A stretch of 64,000 nucleotides of DNA. Source: Macrostomum lignano. Taxonomy: Eukaryota. Of the stretch, positions 1 through 11,559 are shown piece after piece (the first letter of the stretch is position 1; the number at the start of each line of letters is the position of its first letter). The stretch is taken from positions 1 through 64,000 of the forward strand of contig NIVC01003894.1 of NCBI GenBank assembly GCA_002269645.1, given 5' to 3'. The translations under genes and the position numbers were made by a program. Below the pieces are notes generated by a model. That model was not told the DNA's origin, did no database searches, and saw only the letters and a list, made by a program, of their open reading frames with translations.

Positions 1-970
1 TCTGCGTTGCGTTTGATTTTCATACCGCGTTCCTCTTCGCTACAAATATCTCCGCCGAATATACCGTCACAAAGTTTGATGACGAGGAGTGTGAACGCCA
101 CGAACTATTGCTCCAGAGCTTTGTTCCCCCGTTTTCGACTCACCCTCAAGCCTGTTCCACCTTGCCTCTTACCAACTCCGCTACCACTTCTGGTCGACCT
201 GGACGCGCCATCGCGGCAGTTCTAGAGGTCAGGCCATTGAAGCTCATTTCCTCACCCTCCCTCGGTTCCACCGGGAACATATAGTTGGCCACCCCGACTT
301 TACCGACGACCCTGTTTTGACGTTAGCGACTCTCCTTGCCCCAAACTTCTCGCCTCCGCATACGGTGGTCGCCCTGAGTGATTCCCCCCCCCCATAAGCC
401 GCAATTTCTATCGCCTCAGCATCAGCCCCCCTTGGCCCTGTAAATATACTATACTCTCTCATTGTCTTTTGATCGTAGTCTCATTTCCAGCTCACCTTCT
501 GTTACTTTAAACTGCATGGTGTAAACACTACTTTGAAAATGATCATTTGATCGACAAAAAATATAAAAATTTAAAACCTCAAAAAACGCACGTCTCCATT
601 TACTCTTCTTCGCTTCATCTATGCTAGACTATTCACATAGTATTTTCGTAGCCTGCGACAAACTCAAAATGATCATTAGATCGCAAAAAAAAATAATAAA
701 ACTTGAAAACACAAAAAACAATACCATTGCTTATAGTTCATTTCGTACAACCCGTACTGCTCTTATCATGTTAAAGTTACAAAATGATCAGTCCGATCAA
801 TAAAAATTATAAAATTTTCAAAAAATTAAAAAATAGCAAATTTACAAAACTACAAAAACATTACTCTACGCTTGCTTAAAATTATGAAATCAACCCCCCT
901 AGCTGAAACTCGTCAGATAGTTCAAAATTCAAATTCGAAATTCAAAAAGCCAGAACAAATTCTCAGAAGA

Positions 971-1214
971 AAACTGCCGACTTCAAAAGACTAAACTGCC
1001 GACTTCAAGAAAAAGAAAACTGCCGACTTCAATGATACAAATTCGATTTTATTGGCCACCACTGATGTCCGTCTAGTCCAACATTCAGGAGCTCCTTTAT
1101 CAAATTCAGTTTCAAAGTTTCAGAACCGATCAAACGGCAGTTCAATTCAAGATTTCCGAGTTCAAAATTTCAAAATTCAAAGTTTCAGAACCAATCAAAA
1201 GGCAGTTCAATTCA
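971..1214 (+). repeat. Short direct repeats in the retroelement 5' leader
   Basis: aaactgccgacttcaa x3 (971-1032); tttcagaaccratcaaamggcagttcaattcaa x2 (~1117-1150, ~1182-1214). Confidence 0.8.
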
Positions 1215-1417
1215 AAATTACTTCGATTTTCAAAGCTCGTCGCAGATCACAGTTAAAAAATTACACAGTCTCTCTTTTTCTCCCTTCCCCAGCCAGTCCG
1301 CCAACCGCAACCCTGAAAGCCATTGCCGTTTGCTCACTTTGAATTTGACACTCTACTTTGCTATTAGTTACATTTTGTGCTATCGTTGCCTTGAAATTAT
1401 TGATTGAATTCTTGTTA

Positions 1418-3262
1418 ATGACCACACCTGTCCGAGATTTACGTTCCGGACCAGTTTTTCAAAGCTCAAATATTAACAGACCCCCTGAACAAAATTTAGA
1501 AACTTCTGACTGCCAAATAGGTGAACAGCTCCCACGAAATAGTTCACCAGTACCTAACCTGTTTATACCAAATAACGTTGAGTTTAATAACCCTCTCGCG
1601 GATCATTTTGAACACAACCGTGCACACTCACCAGCACCCAGCTCCATCCTAACAGACGCGGACGAAACAGTTCAACCAGCCCCAAACGATATTGCTGAAG
1701 AATCTACTCTAGATATGGCTGATCAGGACGGCGCTCCCCATGTTGATGCTGCAGCGACAAATGCTGTCCGTGAACTTACTGACGTTATGAACCGCAGTCT
1801 GCAATTGCAATCAAACCATCCCGTCTCAGCTACTGCTCTTGCTGAAATTCGTCAATCCCTGAAAGGAATCGACCAAATGCATGACTTCCGCTCCTTCACT
1901 GAAGAGTTCGACTTGATCACACGCTCCTTTGGACTATCGGAGAACGCAAAGATTCGGCTCTTCCCGCGACTACTGAATGACCTTCTTAAACTCGAATACA
2001 GTCGCCTCTCTGCCGCAGTCCAAGCCTCTTATCCAGCCACCATTGAGGCACTGTCTCAACGCCTTCGGGAAGTAACCATTGGCTCGGCTCTAACGCTGCA
2101 TAATGCAACAACCCGGAAACAACAGTACGGCGAACCGTTCCTGTCTTATTTCACCGATATTCGTCGAAAGCTCAGGTCAGCTATGCCGGAAATACCGGAA
2201 GAATTTCCGGAAGGTGCCGGTCCGGAAACACCACCCGCGAACCAAGCTGTCATCGACCAGCGCAACCGAGACTTCCTTGCTACCCTGATGGCTACGACTA
2301 TCAACAATGCTCTACCCTACATCAAACGAGAACTCTTGAAGCAAAATATCACCACGGAAAGTACGCTAATCAACAAGGCCATCCGCGCCGAACAAATCCG
2401 CGACTCCACCATGGACTCTGATGGCACTGACTTGAAAGCTCTCACAGAGCGTCTAACTACCTTAGAAAAAACGACGAAGGAAGCCAATCAGCAGGTGGTT
2501 GCCTCCCTGCAAACACAAACCAAGCCACCTATCGCTAATATGCAACAGAAGCCCACTTGTTATCATTGCGGTCGACCTGGACACTATGCCGCCGACTGTC
2601 GTCGAAGGAATGACCAACAACCTCGTCCCTTCCGACCTAACTCAAGTGATCGAAGGAACACAGCCCAATACGGCTCTGATGCCCCGCGAAATCGTTACCA
2701 GCAGGGACCGCCACGATTGACCTGTAACTATTGCCGAAAACCAGGACACTCTATTAACCAGTGCCGACTACGAGCCCAACGTACACAAGGCTACGGTCCA
2801 CCGGCGACACAACAATCACGATTTCCACCCCGTCAAGACTATGGAAACCGGCCTCAGCAACGCTATCCGCCTCGATACAACGGCACCAACAATCAACGAC
2901 AACCTCCGAGATTTGCGCAACAACAATATCCACCGATACGCGCCATCACTGCTCAGGACCCTGAAACGTCCCACCCAGGATGGAATCAACAGCCGCAGAT
3001 TGGATGGACGACTCACGACGCTCCCGAGTCTGCCCAACTGATGCACATTGCTACAGTTGATGAACGCCCACCGACTTTTGGAAACGAAATTCGCTACTCT
3101 GGAGACGCTAAGCAGCTGAAATCTTTACTCAAAAAACCGACTACTGCCGCTGCGACTATCAACTCTATTCGCCTTTGTACGGTTGAAAGAGTGACAAACG
3201 CCTACACTCCACCGACCAGCAACAACAACCGCGAGAAAACCGTGAAAGCTTCCGTCGGAATT
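1418..3262 (+). CDS. gag: Gag (capsid-like region plus two CCHC zinc knuckles), N-terminal part of polyprotein
   Basis: In ORF 1358..3961; first ATG at 1418. CYHCGRPGHYAADC (2558-2599) and CNYCRKPGHSINQC (2723-2764) in Q/P/R-rich context. No stop before the env segment. Confidence 0.9.
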
Positions 3263-5907
3263 CGCCGATCACTACTGACACTTTTTCTCCTGTGCCTAGC
3301 AACTTCACTCTTCGCACTAGCCAACGCTACGCCGATAACGACGTCAACTCCACCATCGATTGAGAGACAATCTCACGAGGGCTTCATTGACACACCAATG
3401 GTCTGTCCGTACAACCAGATCCCACGAATTTTCACGATACCACATGAGATCCGTTGTGAACAGCTCAAACACCAAACGACGCCGACACTCCCGTTGAAAC
3501 TGGAACTTTACACAACGAACGTGGAAACCAGTTCTCTGGTTATGACTGTCTGTTTCCGCGAGAAAATCACTATCAGATGTGATAAGGCGGTGATAAGAAC
3601 CTGGACATCCGCCCTGGTAGAGTTGGAACCGCAACCAGTCACTCAAGCTGATTGTGAAAACTGGGCACGAACAAAGCTATCGCCTGATGGATCATTAGTG
3701 TTAAAGACTGCGTCAACTCAGTCTATCCAACGCCTGCAATCGACATTCAACACGCAAAATGCTGTGCGTTGCACTCCTGGTTCACATTCAGAACAAATAG
3801 TAACAACAGTGATCACCGGAATCCCAGCCTACTCAACAGCAGATCAAAAAATGGAATCTTTGTCCTTCCCAATGGACAACTGCAAACTCGCCGACAAATT
3901 TTGTACAATTAAAACAACTGCACAAGAAATGCGAGCTTTCAACCTACCTTTGCCATACTAACATCCCCCTGGGATCCTTTGGAAACTGAAGCAATCTACC
4001 AAATTGACGTGAAAGGACCAAGACATCTAAATCTTATTTGGACACCTCCACCACTCGCTGATTGTCCTTTAAAACCATTTCGTACTCTTGAAGGCAACTT
4101 AAACTCCGGCTTGTTCTTAACTAATGATCAAACATTGGGACTAACCTTCAACCCAGTGCCGTCGACTCACACTCTCACCTGCACTGGCGTCCGTAAGACG
4201 TTGTACCTTTCAACGCAAGGTCTATACGTAGACATCCTCGACAACAAAGAAGCAGAATTTCTCGCCACCTTACGAAGCCCATTAGAAGAAGCTACTCCAA
4301 AACCTCAAACTAGCGAAGAAACCACTTCTTCGAGACAAAAACGTCGTTCACCACCAGCGATACTACCAACGCCACCAACAATATTACCCGTTCAGCAATC
4401 GACGACTCAACATCCTTTCACTACGACAACTCAGTCACGACAATTCCTACCGCCGCAACCTTTACGACAAGAGCGACCTGATCATCCACCGACGTCAAGC
4501 ACTTCTACAACAATGACGCCAACAACTACGATACTAACTACTACAAAATCAACACCAACAACTACAATTTTGACAACGACAACACCACCGACTACAACGA
4601 CAACACCACCGACTACAACGACAACACCACCGACTACAACGACAACACCACCACTACGACGACAATGCCACCGACTACAACGACAACAATACCTACCACA
4701 ACCGTAACACCGACAACTTCAACAACCACCACTGCTACAACCTCAGCAGCAACAACGACAGCAGATTCAACTACGACGACTACAAAAGTGACGACACAAC
4801 CTCGTACCACCACCTTACCGCCAACAACCTCTAGCAGCACAACCAGTGCACCAGCAAAGTCTGCAACCTCAACCCACACGAACTCACCAGCGACAACAAC
4901 CAATCCACAACTGGCTTCTATTCACACGAATCTAGCAGTTCCACATCACGAACCACAAGGCAGTCAACCGGATCTCCTACTACTACCACGCAACAAGCGA
5001 AGCACAGATGACAAAACCATCGCAGCCCCTTCAGGCAACTCTACTGCGCAACTTTCATCAACGTTCGCATCCGCTGAACTTCTTGCTGGACAACTACAAG
5101 GAGCTGCTAGTAAAGCTCGAAAAGACCTTCTCCAAGTACAGAAACAGCTGGCAACTACTCAATGCATGATGTACGCAACTAATCTCAAGTACAACCGACA
5201 GCTATACTACACACAACCAACGCTTGCTGCTCGACTCTTATTAAATGATCCTTTCCTGCGAGCTAGATCCATTGCTGGATACCTCTTCGTCTACCAGTGC
5301 AAACCTCTACACAAATTTCGCTTTGTCCAACCAAAGTACAAGACGAACCAATGCTTCACGCGCCCCCCACTGGAATTCCGCCTACAAAATTATACTGTTC
5401 TTGGATTTTTGGATACAACGACTCGTATTGTCTCCACAGCTACTCCAGCTCTAATCTCATGCGACGCCTTCCCATACTACTACCTGCCTAAACAATCGAT
5501 GCTATTCAAGACCACACTAAATTTTTCGAGATTTGAACCCACAACCGCTAATGTCAGATCCGATGAAAACTATCGTTGTCCGATTTGCAAACTTCCGTCT
5601 CCGAAAGCATCTTCAAACCTATGGGAGACATCAATTATACTTCACTTCGTAGCCCAATAACGGTGACCGACCTAATGCACCAGTTCATGCAAACTCGCGA
5701 TTTTCTGATTACAGTTTTCAAACTTCCGAATCGAACACGACACAGAACAGCACATGCTGACAGTGCATTCCTGGACTCAAAACTAGCTCTCTCAATCTAT
5801 GGTCTTCGTCGATATTCAACTGGGATCGACTAGTCGCAAACTATCAAGAAAAGTTCGTCTTAACAGCAGCTGTAATCGTCTACATTGCCGTTATTATCTT
5901 CGTGTGC
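3263..5907 (+). CDS. env: Env-like class III (herpes gB-like) glycoprotein, split by four frameshifts
   Basis: Signal peptide RRSLLTLFLLCLATSLFALANA (3263-3328); Cys-rich ectodomain; furin sites RQKR (4333-4344) and RNKR (4989-5000); gB-like motifs QPTLAARLLLNDPFLRARSIAGYLFVYQC and CFTRPPLEF...GFL; TM FVLTAAVIVYIAVIIFVC (5854-5907). Confidence 0.8.
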
Positions 5908-7395
5908 AATCTTGGCCGACTCTGCGTCGCCAGCACCATCCGGTACGGCAGAACGCACACTATACAAGTGCTGCGGCAACAACGAACTCCAACTCGAGTG
6001 GAATCACGAAACGACTACTCCCAACAACAGCAACTGATACCACCGAGACAAGCGCCAACACCCTCGGCACCCATCGAAACGATTGAACTTCGTGCCACCC
6101 TTCCGCCACCACGGAGACCACCGCCAGAACCTAAAGTTCCAAAATGGCCAGCAAACTACTCATACGCCTTTGTTTTGAAGCATCTAACAACAGCAACTAT
6201 GATCAACCTGTGGTGCCGCAACGCACCGCATACTCGACACAGATGCACCGCCCTCATTGACAGCGGCGCCTCGATCTCCTGCATCTCACCGGCATTCGCC
6301 AAAAAGCTTCGAGTACCATTACAAGACACCAACATGAACGCCATTTGTGCAGGAGGACAACAACTAAACCTCAACAAAAAGGCTACTTTTGATCTCGAAA
6401 TCGATGGACGCAACCACAAGATATCGGCCTTTGTGCTCGACACCCCCGACGCTGACTATGATTTGCTCTTAGGAGTAGAAACCTTTAAGTCACTGGGAAT
6501 ACCACTACAATTCGACTACTCGAAAGCGACAGCTAAGCTTGGCAATGAGCAATTTGCGATGCTCAACTCCATCCAACAGTTGCAAGAAACCTCTGCGGTG
6601 ATGCAAAACAAGCTAGAGTTACCACCACAGACAACGCACCAAGTCACGCTGAAACTCTCTTCTCGACATGAGCCAACGATTCCTGTCCTGTTCGTCCCTA
6701 AGGACCACACGATCCAGAAACACCAGTTGATGATACCAACTTGCCTTGTTTCTGTCAAGCCGGACGGACAAACTATCACTGTGGAAATTGCCAACCCGTC
6801 GCTGACAACGCAAACCTTGCATCCTCAACAAGTCATTGGAAATCTGGCTAACATGTCTGACTACAACATCGTGCGCCCAGCAGCTCAAATCAACAGTCTC
6901 CGCACGCTGCAACAAGAAGCACCTACGACTGACATGATCCGTACTCAACTCAAACAAGCCAACCAGCACCTCTCAACCGAGCAGAGTGAACAATTAGTTA
7001 CTCTAATGAACAAGTACCGTGACGTCTTGGCACTACTGCCAACCGACATGGGTTGCTCTACCCAATACACGGCTCACCTGCATCTACACCCACACTCTGA
7101 GCCAGTCACGTCCAGACCCTATCCAATCGCTCATGGACTACAAGAACGGTTTGATGAGCTCATCGAAAACTTCCGTCAAAAAGGAATCATCAGTCCGAGT
7201 GAATCGGAATACTCAAGTCCATGTCTTCTCGTGGAAAAGAAGACGCTCGACGCTCAAGGTCGCCGACAACTAAGACTCGTGACGGATTACCGAAAACTGA
7301 ACAAGCTAATTCGTGCTCCTAGCATCCGACCTCCTAAGATTCCGGATTTGCTACATCGATTGAAAACGCTAAACTGTACACACTCTGTGACCTAG
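5908..7395 (+). CDS. pol: Env cytoplasmic tail/linker, aspartic protease and N-terminal RT
   Basis: ALIDSGASISC (DSG 6259-6267), DLLLG, then RT N-terminal motifs RPYPI, SPCLLVEKK, RLVTDYRKLN. The frame is open from 5761 and includes the env TM. Confidence 0.92.
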   Translation, partial: NLGRLCVASTIRYGRTHTIQVLRQQRTPTRVESRNDYSQQQQLIPPRQAPTPSAPIETIELRATLPPPRRPPPEPKVPKWPANYSYAFVLKHLTTATMINLWCRNAPHTRHRCTALIDSGASISCISPAFAKKLRVPLQDTNMNAICAGGQQLNLNKKATFDLEIDGRNHKISAFVLDTPDADYDLLLGVETFKSLGIPLQFDYSKATAKLGNEQFAMLNSIQQLQETSAVMQNKLELPPQTTHQVTLKLSSRHEPTIPVLFVPKDHTIQKHQLMIPTCLVSVKPDGQTITVEIANPSLTTQTLHPQQVIGNLANMSDYNIVRPAAQINSLRTLQQEAPTTDMIRTQLKQANQHLSTEQSEQLVTLMNKYRDVLALLPTDMGCSTQYTAHLHLHPHSEPVTSRPYPIAHGLQERFDELIENFRQKGIISPSESEYSSPCLLVEKKTLDAQGRRQLRLVTDYRKLNKLIRAPSIRPPKIPDLLHRLKTLNCTHSVT

Positions 7396-8460
7396 CAGAT
7401 GCTTTCTACCAAGTTCGGATCGATCCAGAAAGCACAAAATACACTGCGTTCATTGCACCCAACGGCCTACTTTGGGAATTCAATCGACTACCTCAAGGAC
7501 TCAAGTCCAGTCCTAGCTTAATGTGCCGTCTTGTAGCATTGTTAACAGCTGACTCTCCAAATCAGATTGCCTACTTGGATGACGTCATGCTCATCGCCGA
7601 AGACTTCACCGGCATGCTCAAAGAAATCGAACGCTTCTTCCAAAAGTTACGACATCATGGATTGCGAATTTCACTACGAAAATGCATCTTTGCCAAAACA
7701 GAGGTACAATATCTTGGATTTGTGGTTTCTGCTCAAGGCATTAGACCCGCACCCAGCCTCATCGAGAAAATCAAGACCTTCCCTGTGCCTCAAACGGTTA
7801 AACAACTACAATCTTTCCTTGGACTTGCAAATTTCTACCGAACGCACATTGCTGGCTACTCACGAGTAGTACAACCACTTCTGAGTATCATCAAAAATAC
7901 TTCGAAGCCTAACAAATTCGTCTGGACGAACGCCGCCCAAGCAGCCTTTGAAAAGCTGAAACAACTTCTCTCTACGGATATACTACTGGTTCATCCAAAT
8001 CCGCGAAAACCGTACTTTCTGCACACTGATGCTTCGGATACCGCCATTGGAGCAGTACTCTCACAGCTAGACGACAGCAACCACCAACGCCCGGTTGCCT
8101 ACATTTCTAAGACGTTAAGTCCAACCGAACAACGCTATCCACCGATTGAACGCGAAGCATACGCCATCTATTGGGCAATAAAGAAGCTACACGTGTTCCT
8201 CTACGCCTCTTACCAACAATTCCACGTCTTCACTGATCACCAGCCACTCAAGAGTCTATTCAGTGACAAGCAACCTATCTCAAAACGACTTCAGAAGTGG
8301 ATTCTAGCGCTACAAGATTACAACTTCACTCTCAACTATGTGAAAGGCAAATCAAACGTAGTAGCGGACTGCCTTTCACGCATCCCCAAAGTCTGTCAGA
8401 TACAATCGCTGTCAACATTCAACGGACTGCAGGATGCCATTGATCAAGACCCATTACTGT
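7380..8460 (+). CDS. pol: Reverse transcriptase core and RNase H
   Basis: DLADAFYQV and FNRLPQGLKSSP (same frame, upstream of ORF 7521), YLDD, YLGFVVS, LHTDASDTAIGAVLSQ, EREAYAI, FTDHQPL, NVVADCLSR. Confidence 0.95.
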
Positions 8461-9856
8461 CTACACAATCAAAGCGCTTCTATCGGAAAAATCACCCACT
8501 CACGAGCTGTCCAAGAAAGACCAACAATATGTTCGCCGACAACTGGCACGTTATTTTCTGGATGGAAACACTTTATACTTTGAAGATGACGAAGGACGAA
8601 GCCGCCTCGTGATACCAACACGCTATCGTGAAGCTCTTTTGACAAGCAACCACTCGACAGCCCTTGGTGGTCATCTAGGTCACCAAAAGACAGCAGACAA
8701 AATCAGTCACTTCTATTACTGGCCTACACTACGACAAGATGTCTACAATTTCGTTAACAACTGCGAAGTCTGCCACAAAGCGAAAACAGCACCCGTCTAC
8801 GACCGCTGCACAAAGCCGTCAAATTCAACGAGGTTTTTTCTCATTTGGCTATCGACCTTGTAGGACCACTGCCACCAGCTTCCACGGCCGCGACGTCTAC
8901 AAGTACATACTCACGGCCCAATGCGGCGTTAGCAAATTCCTGTTCACATCCCGCTAACTGAGACAACTTCTGCAACTATCTGCAACAACCTCTTCAACCG
9001 TGTGTTCGCTTTCGCAGGACTACCAGCACACATCATCTCAGACAATGGACCCCAATTCATCTCGCAAGAATTTCGAGAGTTTATGGGTGCCCTTGGAATA
9101 CACCTGATCTACACCTCGGTGTACCAACCATCCAGCAACTTCGTCGAACGCGCACACAAGACACTGAAGCAAACTCTTACGGCCTTTGTCCATGACAAAC
9201 CAGATCTCTGGATTGACTTCCTACCTGCGGTGACACTAGCAATCAATACCGCCACACACTCAACGATGAATGAATCACCATTCTACTTGTTCTTCGCTCG
9301 AGACTTTCTGCCACCCAACGCACGGATCATGGAACACCAGACAACTGCATACATGGACGTTATTAAACCAGTCAATTTGACCTGTTCAGCTATTTTGCTT
9401 GCCAGAGAAGTCGCCAAGGAACTTCTGCACAACTCAGCTGAACAGCGCGCTGAAAACTCTGATAAGAAGACCAACAGCCGCTACATACGCCCCGGTGCAC
9501 GATGCTATTTAGATGTCTCAGCGACGAAGGAGACAAAATTCTCCAATCCTTATCGTGGCCCAATGCGTCTACTAGCATGGCTCTCCGATCAGAACGCACT
9601 GATTTCTGATGTCAACCGGCCAAGCGAACGACCAATCGTGGTACATGCCTCCAAGCTCAAACCATGGCCTGGAGATGGACTCAGCGCTGGACCTAGTCAC
9701 CTACCTGAGTTCACAACTGATGACATTCAGGTCCACCACAACCATCGGCCGCCATTGAGCAAGTCCATCGCGCTGCAAACCACGTCTACTGATGAGCCAC
9801 CAGTTCAGCCACAGACGCACGGCTACAACCTAAGATCGAAGAACAAGAAGTCGTGA
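8461..9856 (+). CDS. pol: Integrase (frameshifted)
   Basis: HHCC finger (HSTALGGHLG...CEVC); LAIDLVGPLP in the frame at 8845; IISDNGPQF; NFVERAHKTLK; C-terminal YNLRS. Assembled from four frames. Confidence 0.92.
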
Positions 9857-10158
9857 ATGATAAAAAATCTTCTAAATTTCTTTTCTCCTTTCTTTTCCTT
9901 GACTGACAATATTGCTTTCTCTTCCTTTCTTTCTCTTCCTTTTTTCTTTCCTTCTTTTCTAGCTTTTGCTCTCTCTCCCTGCATTGCGACTCTTTACGTG
10001 ACTACGAGTATTGACGAACTGACACAATGAACTTTTATTTTCCGTTTTATCAACAAAAGCTACAAAAATTTCTCTCTTTTCCCTCTTTACATTGCAGAGC
10101 TCACACGCTAAAACAATATTTTGTGTATCTATTGCTTTTCTCCTTTTTCCTTTCTCTT

Positions 10159-11088
10159 ATGGATCCATTTCCGCAACCAGTGGATATTCGACCACAGTTA
10201 AATCATGATCTTATTTGCCTCGCAACCGTTGTTGCTTGGTTCACTGAAGCAATATTTTATTCTGAAACTATTGGTGAACCCCAACGGCTACGCATGGCCT
10301 CCGCTTTCTTCTCTCGTTTTTATGTTATCCGCTGCCATCGCTTTTATCCTAAGATGCTCCGCGTTCTACGAATTAGTCTATTTGGTCTGCTGCGTCGTAC
10401 TCACTCACGACCACGTATACAGAACTTTTCTCCCACTATGACTGACGTTCTCAACCGCAGCTTCGTACCAATCCTACATTTTCTTTTTTCTCCTAATATG
10501 TCTATCGACGATTTCTTTCAACTCTCTGCTTCTACTCTCCCTCAACCATGCATGCGCTTTAACCAAGACACTTGGCCTCTGTTGCTTTCCTCTCTACGCT
10601 ACCCATGGCAACAATTCCGCCATGATGCTGCTAATCTTTCGGCGCAACAGTTAACTTCTACGCTCCAAAATTATTTAACCTCCTTCGATTCTCTCGCCCC
10701 TTATGTTTATCAAATTTTTCCTCCATTTTCTCCTCGTGCTACTAAGAAAGCTATGATACGCACGCTCAATCGTTTGTATCCGCACAATTTTTTCTTTACC
10801 CACGCTGTTTTCATTCTCTCAACGCGTTCAAGAAGCTTTGCTTTTATAATTATCGATTTTTATTCTCGCTCGGTAGTTGCCCATACTATTTTTCCTTTCT
10901 CTTGTCCTCCCTTCGTCGATATTTATACGATATTCACCGTATACGAAATGCTCTTGTTGGCTATCCTAACACCTTGCCAGAGTACGCCACTCTTCATACC
11001 TTCTCCATCAAGCGTATTCAACATTCTCCGCCTTCTGATCCTAATATTAATTTTGCTCGACTGGCATACGCTCTTTTTTATGACTTGA
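10159..11088 (+). CDS. Accessory ORF of unknown function downstream of integrase
   Basis: ORF 10027..11088; ATG at 10159 follows a pyrimidine tract; ~310 codons open, lying inside the element before the PPT/LTR. Confidence 0.6.
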   Translation: MDPFPQPVDIRPQLNHDLICLATVVAWFTEAIFYSETIGEPQRLRMASAFFSRFYVIRCHRFYPKMLRVLRISLFGLLRRTHSRPRIQNFSPTMTDVLNRSFVPILHFLFSPNMSIDDFFQLSASTLPQPCMRFNQDTWPLLLSSLRYPWQQFRHDAANLSAQQLTSTLQNYLTSFDSLAPYVYQIFPPFSPRATKKAMIRTLNRLYPHNFFFTHAVFILSTRSRSFAFIIIDFYSRSVVAHTIFPFSCPPFVDIYTIFTVYEMLLLAILTPCQSTPLFIPSPSSVFNILRLLILILILLDWHTLFFMT

Positions 11089-11299
11089 TTCACCATCATC
11101 GCTCACTATTTTAATCCGCTTTTTCTTCAATATTGAGCGCTGAAACACTACAAAAATTGTTCAAAAATACTAAAAAAAAAATATTTTCCGTTCTTCTGCC
11201 TATTACTCCTCCGCTCTTTTGCGCTCACTTGTGTAAAGCTTACGCTATTTTTCTCTGTTATTCTGTCAACTGCTTTTTCAAAAGTCATCACGCGCTAGC

Positions 11300-11353
11300 C
11301 TGCTCAACCCTGCTCAACCCTGCTCAACCCTGCTCAACCCTGCCCAACCCTGA
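11300..11353 (+). repeat. 10-bp tandem repeat (tgctcaaccc) x5
   Basis: Directly visible. Confidence 0.9.
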
Positions 11354-11559
11354 CCTACACGACTGCTGCTCTGTGCCTGGTCACTGCCAATTGCTGTCTC
11401 TGGCGCTGCTTCAACCGGATTCAAGCCACAACCTTGATCTACGCAGCCATCGCCCTACACTATGCCTGGTCTCTGCAAATCGCTCTGTCCCTGGCGCTGC
11501 TTTCACCTAAGTCAACCAACTAGCACTAAAGCATACGGCTCAACAACGTTTGTTCCTTC

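Noticed and set aside
1050-1070. TGG-starting PBS candidate before gag
   Set aside because: No LTR copy precedes it and I cannot match it to a tRNA 3' end.
4634-4903. V-rich minus-strand ORF
   Set aside because: Antisense of the Thr-rich mucin spacer.
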